Below, piece by piece: positions 13,901 through 26,400 of a stretch of DNA of 64,000 nt. The stretch covers positions 34,035,648 to 34,099,647 of the forward strand of contig NC_092673.1 of NCBI RefSeq assembly GCF_964355755.1, written 5' to 3'. This DNA comes from Antedon mediterranea. Its lineage: Eukaryota > Animalia > Echinodermata. The notes beneath the pieces are model-generated. The model was not told the origin of the DNA and did no database searches. It was given only the letters and a program-made list of their open reading frames with translations. Both the position numbers and the translations under genes were made by a program. How positions within the stretch are numbered: position 1 is the stretch's first letter; the number at the start of each line of letters is the position of its first letter.

Positions 13901-16614
13901 CGTGATGGATATTTTTTGACATATAGTATCCGTTTCAAAGGGTAGCAGACTATACAGTAACATAAAAACAAATCAAATCTTTATTCGTTCCATATATAGA
14001 AAATGTACATGAAAAAATTGTTTTCCTCGACAGAAAAATATGGTAAAACATTCACAATTACATCATACATAGAACGAATTTACAATTTAAAAACATTAAT
14101 TAAAACATCCATTAACAGTAAAACTTTAAAATATATATTGCATGTGCGTTATTATGATCTAACAATCTTTGAGTTAAAAATATGAGTTGAATTTGATACA
14201 AAAGACAGTCGGTTTGTTGACGTATCAGCTCTAGGAGCCCGTAGCCGGCCTGACTTGTTCTTCTAAAATCTCATATGTAATAGATGTTTCTTATATTCTA
14301 AAATTTTACTTAATTTACTTAGGACCTGTTTTTCATAAAGATATTTTAAAACTTTAACCGTACAACCAATTATATTTGATGCTATCTTAGTAATTCTAAT
14401 GAGACCTTTCTTGTGTGTTTCATTTAAATTACGGAACCAAGCAATAAAAGAGATAACTAGTACTGATTGAATAAATGTTTCATAGAATAATTTCAAAGTA
14501 CAAAATTATTTGTCGAGAATTGTATTATGGATATAAACTTTAATTATTTGCTGATGCTTTTGTTTGCATAAGCATGAAAAGTAGTAATTTCCTCTCTTAT
14601 CGGAAATTCGTAACTGTTTTTTGTGTTGTTTATACTACTGCTGTTTGCTAACATTGAACTATTGTTGGCGAATGTTCATTATTTGCACAATATTCCAAAT
14701 AAAGTTGCATGATAAAGTCAAGTGATCTCGTTACTATGTTATTTATTATTTCTTTATATTTTTTTAAAATTACAGTTATTTCTTACCTCTTTCTCTTTGT
14801 GATAGCTTTTCAGGGTCTTGCTCCATTATTATTTCTTCTTCATCCAATTCTACATCTTAGAGAAAATACCATACTATTAATTGAATACTTTATTACAATT
14901 AAAATTATATATAATATATATTATATATAATCAATTAAAAATCCCACAAACCCATATTGTAATATATTTTAAAAGATATAAATCAAATATCTAGTATAAA
15001 TTGCATCCAACAGTTTAAAGGCCAGGTGCGGGTAAAAAATGTCTATTGGTCATACATTTCAATAATTATCGATCTATATTTGTTTTATGTACAATTAACC
15101 AGATATCATATATAAAATGCATGCCTGTACCTGAGTTTTAAAGTCAAGATCAACGTTGTATTAGACTGGGAATGGAACGGAAAGGTGACACATGCTTTTT
15201 TGTGGAGGGATCTGGTACATGATACTAAAAATTGGAACTAAATAATAGAGCAGACATATTCATTTAATGCATATTTTATATTGTTTGAATTTGATTGAAG
15301 AAACCAACCTTGAATGAAAATCCTCTTAGCTCCTGTCATTCCATTTCTTCCTAAACGTGTAAGAAATGTCTCCATCTTCCGAAAATCCTTATCAATGATC
15401 TTTCTGTCTTCAAAATCCTTAACCAAACTCCAGCTGTCTTGATATTTCTTCACTGGATTGTTATATAAAGAATCTAATGTGGATACATCTTCCTCTTTAA
15501 GTTCTAATCCCAGTTGATAAACCTTTTGTCTGAATGGTGTCAACATTGATACTACGTGTTCCTTAATATCTTCTGGAGGTTGATTCTCAACATTTGTCTT
15601 AAAGCCAAATTGCTTGGTTATCTTTATTGTGTCATATATAATAATAAGATTTAATGAACTCAAACTTCCAGAAGCTGTTAAATCCTGTAGTAGATCTATA
15701 ACACTAGTAGCTCTACCCAACTCCACGTTAGACATATTCAGATGGTCTTTGTATAAAAGTTTCAGTCTTGTGAGATATCCACTCCGATCATACCAATTTG
15801 CTATATCGGTCACCAGTTGCCTGAAATCCTCTTCTGAGGTTTCTATAATATAAATTAAGTATATGCAAATTAGTATAATGTAGTCGCCATTCCTTAGTGT
15901 TAATGAAGCAGGACTACTTAAGGAAGAACGCCAAATTAACGTACAAGTACACGTATGGACACTTTGATCCTACTCCGGCAGTAAGTTTAATGACAGAACA
16001 ATTATTATATAATTTCAAAAAAAAAAATACTCAAATCCCCATCTGGTGTTGGTTTGACCCCTAATACAATGCAAATATTGTTTTTTGTTTTCTAAGTTCA
16101 AAATGTATCGTGTTGTTTTGACAGTTACGAGGAGCCGTCCGACACAAAACAATAGTTTGTCTTTTACAAACCACGGCTCTCTCTCCCTCTCTCTGTTTCA
16201 AAGCAAATATTTAGCAGTCTACCATATTGTTAGTGTTAGCTATGCAAATAAAACAAACCAAACAAAAGCCTGACACAAAGTAGGCCTATGTCTAGAATCC
16301 TACAGATTAGAATTTTATGTTGAAATCTACTGTATAACTGTTGATTAATAACTATTATTTCAAGAGATATTAGTCTGAGACAACAATCAAATTATTAATG
16401 TTGTCTCAGGTTAAGTATGACAATAAGCATTAATTATATAACACTTTATAAGAAATAAAGATATAAGAACACAGTTATGATATACTATGTCATTAAATAT
16501 AAGAAATATAAAAGATTAATCTGAGATAATATTTATATTTCATATTTTCAACGATTTATATAATTTGTATATGACGTAAGTTTATATGATGCTCTTACCA
16601 CCAGTGGATGCCAT
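10930..16614 (-). CDS. NLR-family receptor 2 (tandem DED-like + NACHT + LRR), about 1173 aa; coding exons 16614-16599, 15842-15309, 14855-14787, 13832-10930
   Basis: Same NACHT motifs (GEGGIGKT, IVLLIDGLDE, VVVTSR, CNNPMLL, APHKLIVE) and RI-like LRRs. Start is caacATGG (MASTG|g). GT-AG phase-1 introns. The 534-nt exon reads FRQLVTDIA...PFRQKVYQLGLELKEEDVSTL, which is tandem-DED-like. Confidence 0.87.
11287..11668 (-). repeat. Exact 174-bp (58-aa) tandem duplication of an LRR pair inside NLR2
   Basis: tgaagcagcatcgatttgactcag recurs at 11287, 11461 and 11635; the two full units read identical. Confidence 0.9.
13965..14500 (-). mobile_element. 3' fragment of a non-LTR retrotransposon (L2/Rex-Babar-like RT C-terminus) in an NLR2 intron
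   Basis: Translates FYETFIQSVLVISFIAWF...KQVLSKLSKIL...HLLH..*..SGRLRAPRA..TNRLSFV, the typical RT-end motif, with an internal stop. Ends in an aataaagatttgatttg tail. Confidence 0.7.
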
Positions 16615-16625
16615 GTTGTTGATCT

Positions 16626-18099
16626 TTAGGCTTGTACAGTAATTGATTTGTTTACACCAAAATTGTTCTGTAAAAATTAAATAAAAACTTGTATCAACTA
16701 AAGCTATGTCTACATCAAAGTGTATGTGACAACAAAAAGTGTATGTGCCCAATTATGGTAGCGATATGCCAAATATGGTAGTGATATGACATCATTGTAT
16801 CCATATAATAAGCACATCACATGTTGTTGTTAATAATGTAGACAGAGCTAAACTTGTAAAAAAAATTATAATTCATTTTTATATATCTGTATTTTATCTC
16901 AAAATTCACTTTATCCGACTCTATATTCGTCTCATTTTATAAGTAAACATCAACATTCACACACGTCACCACATACATTTCAAGACAGATATCGTATCGC
17001 ATGCCGGGCTTTATGCATCTACCCACTACAACTCTGGGTAAATACGTACTTTAACTACTGAATCGCAACGACAAAGATAACAATTATCCAATCAGATCAT
17101 AGCTTTATGAATAGGTGATTAGGCAAGATGCACATTGATGTGGAATTTTTTCGAAGGAATACTCTTGTAAAATTGCCTTTTCTAACAGTAATAATACTTT
17201 AAAAGTATTTCTAATCGATTATATTAACATATATGTATGTGTAATGCCTAATTTAAACATTTAAATAATACCCGATTCACACATGTACAACACAAATGTA
17301 ACAAAATATAACAAATGATTGCGCGCATGGATATCTCCCGAGATTATCTTAACTATAACACTAAACAGCCAGATAAATTGCTTGCAACGTCCAATCTAAC
17401 CTAAATCGAAACTCTCCCCGAAATCCAATCATCCACACAGGCCCCTTACTATGGAACTCCCTTAACAAGTCTTTATTTGATCATAGTTTCATCACATTTA
17501 AGTCAAAATACAAAAAAATTCCTAATATCAAAATACAAACCAACTTAATAATTCAAAATATAACAAATGATTGCGCGCATGGATATCTCCCGAGATTATC
17601 TTACCGAGTTAAACAATACGATACATTAAAACGTATTTTCACGATACAAGGCATCCTATGAGACAGGCGCCACACCGATAAATATTCCGTCTACTACACA
17701 CTTTTTTTTTTCAATATATCCTTTTTTTATATTTTACTGCTAACAAGATCTCAAGATGGAGAACAAAATCCATGATTTAGAAATGAGCTCCAAATACCCA
17801 TGACTGGATTGAATATAGACGCGATATGACCACGGCAGACGTGAGATAAAAAAAAGGAAAAACATTAAATTTGAAAAACTCTTCATATATTAAATGTTCA
17901 AAGCTTTCTCCTAAATCAAATGAGTTCAACATTTTGTTAACTAATCCATATTTAAGCGCACTAAAAAGTTCCATATCCTCCTAATTAGTACACAGAGGTC
18001 TAATTTTAAACAGATAAATAAACTTACAATTCTTGTACCATCAAGGTTACCATTCACATGCAAAGGAGGCTCAGGTATCTTAATGTACAGCATATACAT
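16626..18099 (-). CDS. Spliced upstream ORF in the NLR2 leader, 37 aa MYMLYIKIPEPPLHVNGNLDGTRINNFGVNKSITVQA (18099-18028 joined to 16667-16626)
   Basis: ATG at 18099 (aaaATG), donor gtaagt at 18027, acceptor tacag at 16668. Stops 11 nt before the NLR ATG. 19 of the first 22 aa are identical to the NLR1 uORF. Confidence 0.55.
16702..16849. mobile_element. Short palindromic MITE (agctctgtctacac...gtgtagacagagct family), PIF/Harbinger-like
   Basis: Terminal inverted repeats; related copies at 36080-36201, 44503-44619, 52583-52717 and 52720-52831. Confidence 0.65.
17302..17603 (+). repeat. 200-bp exact copy of 18322-18521 (at 17351-17550) flanked by a 50-bp direct duplication (17302-17351 / 17554-17603)
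   Basis: Direct sequence comparison. Confidence 0.85.
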
Positions 18100-18321
18100 T
18101 TTAGAGTATTTGCTGAAAGAAGTTGTAGTTCCACCACCAGCCCGAGCCGCTCCTTACTGAATGACACAAAACCGCTGATCACCTAATTATTTAATTCCAA
18201 CTGCGTCACACATTACACATTGGTTTTTACAAGTCTATACTATACTATAGGCCTAGTTAATCATTTATTTTAGACACTTCACCTTTCAAACATGGTGCAA
18301 TGGTTTAATCATAAATAAACA

Positions 18322-18890
18322 AACTATAACACTAAACAGCCAGATAAATTGCTTGCAACGTCCAATCTAACCTAAATCGAAACTCTCCCCGAAATCCAAT
18401 CATCCACACAGGCCCCTTACTATGGAACTCCCTTAACAAGTCTTTATTTGATCATAGTTTCATCACATTTAAGTCAAAATACAAAAAAATTCCTAATATC
18501 AAAATACAAACCAACTTAATATTTCACCAAAATTTTGACCTATTTTAAACACCTCTTTTACCCTATATTTGTTTGTTTGTTTGTCTTGTCTTCGTCCATA
18601 CTTGGTCTCTTGCGTAGTGTATGTCATTTGGCAGGTTTATTACAGTCTTCTTTTTCCATACTTCTCTATTTAGTGCTTCTTTTTTAGTTCAGAATACGTA
18701 TTTTATTTTTTTGATTTATCAATCATAGCTATCCTTTTCCTTCCTCTTCTTCTTGTTCTACCTATGATATCTAATTTTTCTTTTATAACAATCACAGTTC
18801 TCCTTCTTTTTCTCTATCGTATGTACAGTAGGCCTAATTTTAATGTTTTTTTTTCTACTCTTACTGTAAAATTGTGACAAATAATATAAA
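18322..18890 (+). mobile_element. Degenerate 3' end of a CR1/L2-type LINE
   Basis: Translation ...IIHTGPLLWNSLNKSL...FKSKYKK is typical of the RT C-terminus, followed by a T-rich 3' UTR. Right boundary is approximate. Confidence 0.55.
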
Positions 18891-20147
18891 CATCAATGTA
18901 AAACTCTGAATTGTGGATCTTTGTTAAATGTACCAGTAAGGCCTACAAAGTAAACTCTATTTGCTTTTAAAGATGAAAATTGAATCTGCAAAATTACGGT
19001 ATAGTGTAATTCAATTTCCATTACAGGCTTTCAAAATATCCGTCCGTAGGCCTACCTAGATATTCCATTAAAATGGCACTGAACAGATTAATAATGTGTA
19101 TGGATACAAGAACCATAAACCTGTCTATATCGGAACATAAACGTTGCATCCTACTGTCAGCTAGATACAAACAAATAGGCCTATTAAGCTGCAATGTTTG
19201 TCGTATTTAGTTTTATATCATTTTTTTTCCAAGTATCCTCATTCAATGTAGGCGTGATCTGTTTTCTTATCTAGTTTGATAATATCCTATGTGTGACTGT
19301 GTGTGATAAATTGATTTAATTCCAAATTGTAGAGATCAGCAGCTGGTCCGGAATTTACTATATCTATAATTGTATAGGCCTACTACACATTAATTCTTAT
19401 GTTGAATCAGTGTGTGTATGCTGATGTAAACAGAAGAAAAATGCAAGAAAAAAGACAATTTTAAAAAATCGTTTATGTTTTAGGGCCTGCTTCTGGAAAA
19501 AAATGCCTCTTTATTATAAAAAAAAATATCCAGCCGGGCTTTCATTTTATAACTATCTTCCTTATTATACTGAATATTAAAATGAGTTTATAAAACCACA
19601 GTGGTGGAGGTCTACTTATAAGTAGTATAAATACTGCTGCACTAGATCTACTCAGAGCCTACAACACAACGAACTGATGTACAAAACTATGTGGCCCCGT
19701 ATAATTAATAATTATCCCCGATCTCACGTCAAAACGGTTTAATGGTGATGTATGCCGCCCTCAACAGTTTTTTTTACCAAAAATGGTGGGTCGACGATAG
19801 AAAAAAGACGGAATCACGTTCGCTCTGCTTTTTGTAATTAAAAGTCCCTTTTATGTGTTTTTTGCAAACTATTTTAGGAAACAAATGTATTGTTAGTTTT
19901 GTAATAACTTATATTTATCAGTAGTGGTCCGTTATGTAAGTTTTGTAGCTAATTACTTAAGTGAACTCACTCAGGCTAGGCTAAACTTTTTGATTGAGAA
20001 TGACTGTAGTAGTTTACCCAGCCTATATTTTTGTGCTTTTGTCCTAGCTTGTGGTCGTTTTGTCCTTAAATACAAATTGTAAATATACTGTATATATTAG
20101 TATGTAAATTGCTATATCAAAATGATAATAATACGGGTCCATTATCA

Positions 20148-20187
20148 CTCCTGTGGACGATCAAAGCATATCGATCGAAACGTCGAG
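20148..20187 (+). ncRNA. Degenerate minimal hammerhead ribozyme of Penelope-like pLTR type
   Basis: ctc-CTGtGGA-c-gatc(loop)gatc-GAAAC-GTC-gag. Stem I ctc/gag, stem II gatc/gatc, palindromic ACGT stem III. Core A6 is replaced by U. Confidence 0.5.
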
Positions 20188-20454
20188 AAACTCAACAGTT
20201 CTTTTCAGAACTAAAATAGGCCTAGGCCTATACATAATACGTGTACTGCAAAATTTATATCAACATTTGATTAATTTCGCCATGCAAACCTTCAAACAAT
20301 ATAATACGGATCCACTTTTATTTTTAATAATAGGCCTACAAAGAATACTATATTGAATTTAAATATAATTTTGTAGATTATATTAAAGATTAAGAAAATT
20401 CCAGTATCCATGACTCAATTGATAATATCATTTTAATTCATTTTTTTAAAGAAA

Positions 20455-23400
20455 ATGTTTGCAATACAAAGCTTGAAGCCTAGAGCCAATGCTGAACTTG
20501 AGGATGAGGTAAGATTAACAATGCTCCATCTTTTACTTCTAAAGATAATACTGAAAACTAAAACAGTTATAATGTTCAACTTGTGAAAGACTGTAAGATC
20601 TTACTTTGTTTTTAATTTATATTATAATAATAATTATTAATTTTATTTAAAAAAAAACCTTCAAAAATAAGATAGAGTGCTAAGTTAAAGACCCCTTCCC
20701 TGCAATTTTGGACGTTTTTTGGAAAATAATACATATATATCACTTTAAAAACATTAAACCATGTCATTCCTTGTCTTAAATGTACGTTTTATGGTAAATT
20801 ATGATAAAAAGTGAGAAACAATGCACTACCTAAGTAGCTCGCGGCGATCGACCTCTCGTGGACGGTCTTAGGCCTAGCCTAGCTAGGCTTAGTTTTGTAG
20901 GCCTAGCTGGTAAACATCGGTAACGTACGAACATCGTACGCTAGCTATATACCTAGCCTGACGTTGTATAGTTGCATTAATTGTCTTTCTATTTTTGCCA
21001 GACTCCGTTGATACAAATTGGGGAAAACCCGGTATTTTCGCTGAAAATTTAGGAGTCTTCCATTTGTTTTGGCCTCACGATCGATCGAAAAGTGGGCGAA
21101 TTACAGGTGAAAAAAAAAAATATCAATCCGCGCGCAATGCATTTTGGGATTTATAGCGGGCCGCTATAATTATTAGAATCGACTTATTTTTTACATTTTT
21201 AACCGTTTAAAGACAAAAAAAGTTATCGCAATAGGACCATATAGTATTATTTTTACATTAAATATAGTTTGTGATCTTAAATTAGATCTAAAAAACGTAG
21301 GGAAGGGGGCTTTAAGGGTGGGCTGGGGAAAAAAGAAAATAATATCCGGAGGAATGTGTGCTATGTTGAAATTAAATTGTGTAGAAAGCCTAAAAATAAG
21401 CTTTAAGACTGTGTAGAAGAGATTTTTCACCCGTGTGAATTGTAATGTGTGTATCCAAGGCGGGAATTTGCGAAATGCTTAAAATTATTTTTTGGTCAAA
21501 TCCGAGTAGTTTCGATGTAATTTTGCTAACTGAAAAATAAATTTGTAATCTCCTTGGTGAAGGTAATAAATAAAGTTCACATTCTTCTCTTTTTTTTCCA
21601 GAAACCTCTTATGTTAAAAGTATGCAATCTGAACCAGCATATAGTTTGTATTCTGTGTGCTGGGTATTTTGTGGATGCTACTACCATTACAGAATGTCTA
21701 CACACATGTAAGTCAGTGTTCGTTTAACAAGTACAAAATTTGAGAAACCCAAGCAGTAGAACCCAAGTAAAGTACAAAATTAGAGAAACCCCAGCAGTCA
21801 AACCCAAGTAAAGTACAAAATCAAGAGGCCTCTATACAGTAGAGCCCCTCCTTTGGGACACCCCACAGTATTAAGGGACACCCCCAGTATTAAGGGACAC
21901 CCCACAGTATTAAGGGACACCCCACAGTATTAAAGGACACCCCACAGTATTAAGGGACACCCCACAGTATTAAGGGACACCCAACAGTATTAAGGGACAC
22001 CACACAGTATCAAGGGACACCACACAGTATCAAGGGACACCCCACAGTATCAAGGGACACCCCACAGTAGTAAGGGACACCCCACAGTATCAAGGGACAC
22101 CCCACAGTATCAAGGGACACCCCACAGTATCAAGGGACACCCCACAGTATCAAGGGACACCCCACAGTATCAAGGGACACCCCACAGTATCAAGGGACAC
22201 CCCACAGTATCAAGGGACACCCCACAGTATCAAGGGACACCCCACAGTATCAAGGGACACCCCACAGTATCAAGGGACACCCCACAGTATCAAGGGACAC
22301 CCCACAGTATCAAGGGACACCCCACAGTATCAAGGGACACCCCACAGTATCAAGTGACACCCCACAGTATCAAGGGACACCCCACAGTATCAAGGGACAC
22401 CCCACAGTATCAAGGGACACCCCACAGTATTAAGGGACACCCCACAGTATTAAGTGACACCCCACAATATTAAGGGACACCCAACAGTATTAAGTGACAC
22501 CCCACAGTATTAAGGGACACCCCACAGTATTAAGGGACACCCCACAGTATTAAGTGACACCCCACAGTAGTAAGGGACATCCCACAGTAGTAAGGGACAC
22601 CCCACAGTATCAAGGTACACCCCACAGTAGTAAGGGACACCCCACAGTATCAAGGGACACCCCACAGTATTAAGTAACACCCCACAGTATCAAGGGACAC
22701 CCCACAGTATTAAGGTACACCCCACAGTATTAAGTGACACCCCACAATATTAAGGGACACCCCACAGTATTAAGTGACACCCCACAATATTAAGGGACAC
22801 CCCACAGTATTAAGTGACACCCCACAGTATTAAGTGACACCCCACAATATTAAGGGACACCCCACAGTATTAAGTGACATCCCACAGTAGTAAGTGACAC
22901 CCCACAGTATTAAGGGACACCCCACAGTATTAAGGGACACCCCACAGTATTAAGTGACACCCCACAGTATTAAGTGACGCCCCACAGTATTAAGTGACGC
23001 CCCACAGTATTAAGTAACACCCCACAGTATTAAGTAACACCCCACAGTATTAAGTAACACCCCACAGTATTAAGTGACACCCCACAGTATTAAGTGACAC
23101 CCCACAGTATTAAGTGACACCCCACAGTATTAAGTGACACCCCACAGTATTAAGTGACACCCCACAGTATTAAGGGACACCCCAAAGTATTAAGTGACAC
23201 CCCACAGTATCAAGGGACACCCCACAGTATTAAGGGACACCCCACAGTATCAAGGGACACCCCACAGTAGTAAGGGACACCCCACAGTAGTAAGGGACAC
23301 CCCACAGTATTAAGTGACACCCCACAATATTAAGGGACACTTTCCTGTGTAACAAACAGATTTCAAATAACCAGTTAAACATTGTTGTCAAACAACTTCA

Positions 23401-26400
23401 AAACACCCTATCGAATAGCTGTTGGAACTGGAAATATCACTGTACTGTACAACTTTAGTGCCAAATAATAATAAATATTGATAATGATCATTTGATTGAC
23501 TATACCATTTACTACCATGATGGATTGGATGCATTATTTTTTTCTCCTAATCAAGACAATTTATGAGATTAATTACGGCGTAAATTAGGTCATAGGAGGC
23601 GCTATATATCAATAGACATAGATCAATCATGGACGTAGAAACCATATATATTTAAATCACTAAAGTTTGTTTATTTTTTAGTCTGTAAGAGTTGTATTGT
23701 CAAATATCTTCAAACGTCAAAGCATTGTCCAATGTGTAATATCAAAATCCATGAGACGCAACCTCTGGTTAACCTTCGACCTGATCGCACCATGCAAGAC
23801 ATTGTTTTTACACTGGTTCCTCATTTGTGGAAAGGTAGAAAGTCATTTTTCAAATTAACAGTTTGAAATGTAAATGATAAAAAACTTTAAAGCTGAAATG
23901 GGATATCCTTAATTATAAATTAAGGGCATATTTATTTATAGATCAAGGGTATATTAACCAGTCTAAAATAGGTTAATAGATTTTCTGGTTTCAACTTGTT
24001 TCTGATCAAACCAATAAAGCAATACATTTCAATCTATTACTTAATTATTAAAAGCCTTTAGGACACAATATTTGTAAGAATCAAGCAGTACATTAGTGTA
24101 TATGTTTCTATTTTTAATTTAAACACTCTTTTTTCACAATACAACCTGCTATACAACTGTCAGAAATAAAGTAATATCATCAAGAGTTTTTTATATATTT
24201 TATAGTAAAAATGAAAATGTCAAACTCTGAGTTGCCTTCTAACTGTATTATTTGATTGCAAAATATAATACTTTGTGGCTGTATTCACCAATTATGATTG
24301 AAGTGAGATATTTCTCTTAGATACTAAGTATTTCACTTAAGTCAATAGATATTTAAGGATTGTGTTGTCCATTTAGACATTTTAAGGTGTGAATGGTGAA
24401 TACAACTACTGTTCTTTGAAATTACAACAAATTCATTTTAATTTTGGCTGTTATTTCATCATTAGACGAAGCTTTGAGAAAAAGAGAGTTCTATAAATCA
24501 AGAGGACTGGGTAAAGTTCATAAAGTAAAAGAAGTTGAGGTCAAGAAGCAGTTGACCTATGACCTGACCCATCAACCTACTCATGATCATCTGTTGTCAT
24601 TGTGCTTGGAGAGATTCAGGTATTTAATAGTTTTTTTTATATTGAACCAAAAGCATACAGTGAGTATGTGAAAAATGGTTAGGTGCATTTTGCTGACCTT
24701 TGGCCCAATAATTATTTTTTTAAATAATAATACTGTAATAACACACAAGTAATACAGCAGGTTGTAAGCTAGGCTAATTAACAAGCTAGGTTCATTGATT
24801 ACAAATATTGAAGTTTGGTGTAATCTACATATACAGTAATAATAATAATAGTATCCTGGATTTATAAAGCGCCTAATGTTGTGGAACCTCTAAGCGCTGC
24901 ATATTATTACCCCGGTCATTTTTTGATCAAACACTTACAAAAACATACTCCCATATTACAGCTAGTAATCAGCACAAAGTTGTTTCTTGACCATACCAGG
25001 TACCCATTTGTACACCTGGGTGGAGAGAGGCAAACATAAAAAAATGTCTTGCCTACAGATACAAGCATTCCGATGAATGTTGTGTTCGAACCTACAATTT
25101 CACGATTAGTAGTTTCCAATTTTATTTTTGTAGAGAAAAGACGCAAGACCAGCTTCCTAGTTTTCAGAAAAAGTATATCCGATGTTCAGTGAGAACTTGT
25201 GTGCATCATTTACAAAAATTAATCAGGAGAAAACTTAACCTTTCAAGCTCAACCAAGGTAATGACAAAAACTACCACAAGTAGCTAGGAAAATATATTGA
25301 AACCACTAATAACAGGAAACATTCTGTGTTTTTCCCATGACTTTGATGACATGTTTGACCCATGGCACCAGTGCTGTGACCCTTGACACAGTTTGTTGTG
25401 TCATTCACAACACTGCTAGGTTTACTGTGATGTTTGACAACCTTTCTGTGGTGATTCAAAATTGGCCTAAATTGTTTCTCTTTAAGCTTTTGTCAGACCT
25501 ACATACAGTACTTTACTTACTTTACCAAAATTGACATACCAAATTCATTGTGAAGCCTAAATTTCCTACATTTTATGTTGTTTTAACTTTAATTAATAGT
25601 AGGGTGGGTGGCAGTTTGCATTATCCCTATGTTGTATTACTTGGGGAATCAAAGGCTTATCTTAATGGAATAATCTACCACCCTCCATTTTAGACTCTGC
25701 CTCTCAAAATGTATTTTAAAAAAAAGAATATCTTTTCTAAATATTAGCCAGTCATGACTTGACCTGTATTTGTCTTTTTCATACAGTCTCTTTTAATTAT
25801 TTATAATCTGTTTTTAAATTTCCTATTATGATTTCAAACTCTGACCGTTTATCATTATTTTATTGCATTTTATTTTATTTTTTTGTCGGAGTCTGTTTAT
25901 AAATGTTATGAAACTTGAACTTAACACTTTTTATTTTTCTGTTATCATTTCTTTTTTAAGGCACGCCCAACACAAGATGTTTTTCTTTATCTTTCTGGCA
26001 TCTGCCTTCAAACTGCCTTATTTTATGGCACTGTAATTTAATATCTTTTTTTGTCAGAGTTAAATTAAATTTTAACTATTCAACTTTAAAAAAAAAACAA
26101 TCATATCTTACAAAGTGAATTTCAATTTTTTAATACAACAATGTCCAAGGAAAGCAAATTTACAAAAATTAGTGGATGAATAAATATATATGTTATATAT
26201 TTTATTTTATGTGCATCAACCTAAAGGCCCATTTACACTAGGACGATAATGATCGACGATAAATATATAAGCATACATTTTTTTTACATAAAACAAAGAA
26301 ATTAAGGTTTTCGTTCTAGAACTCTAGGATAATCATTTATTCTGTCTTTGATAAAAATAATATTTTTAAAATTCTAATCAAATGACGTCATGATAAATAA

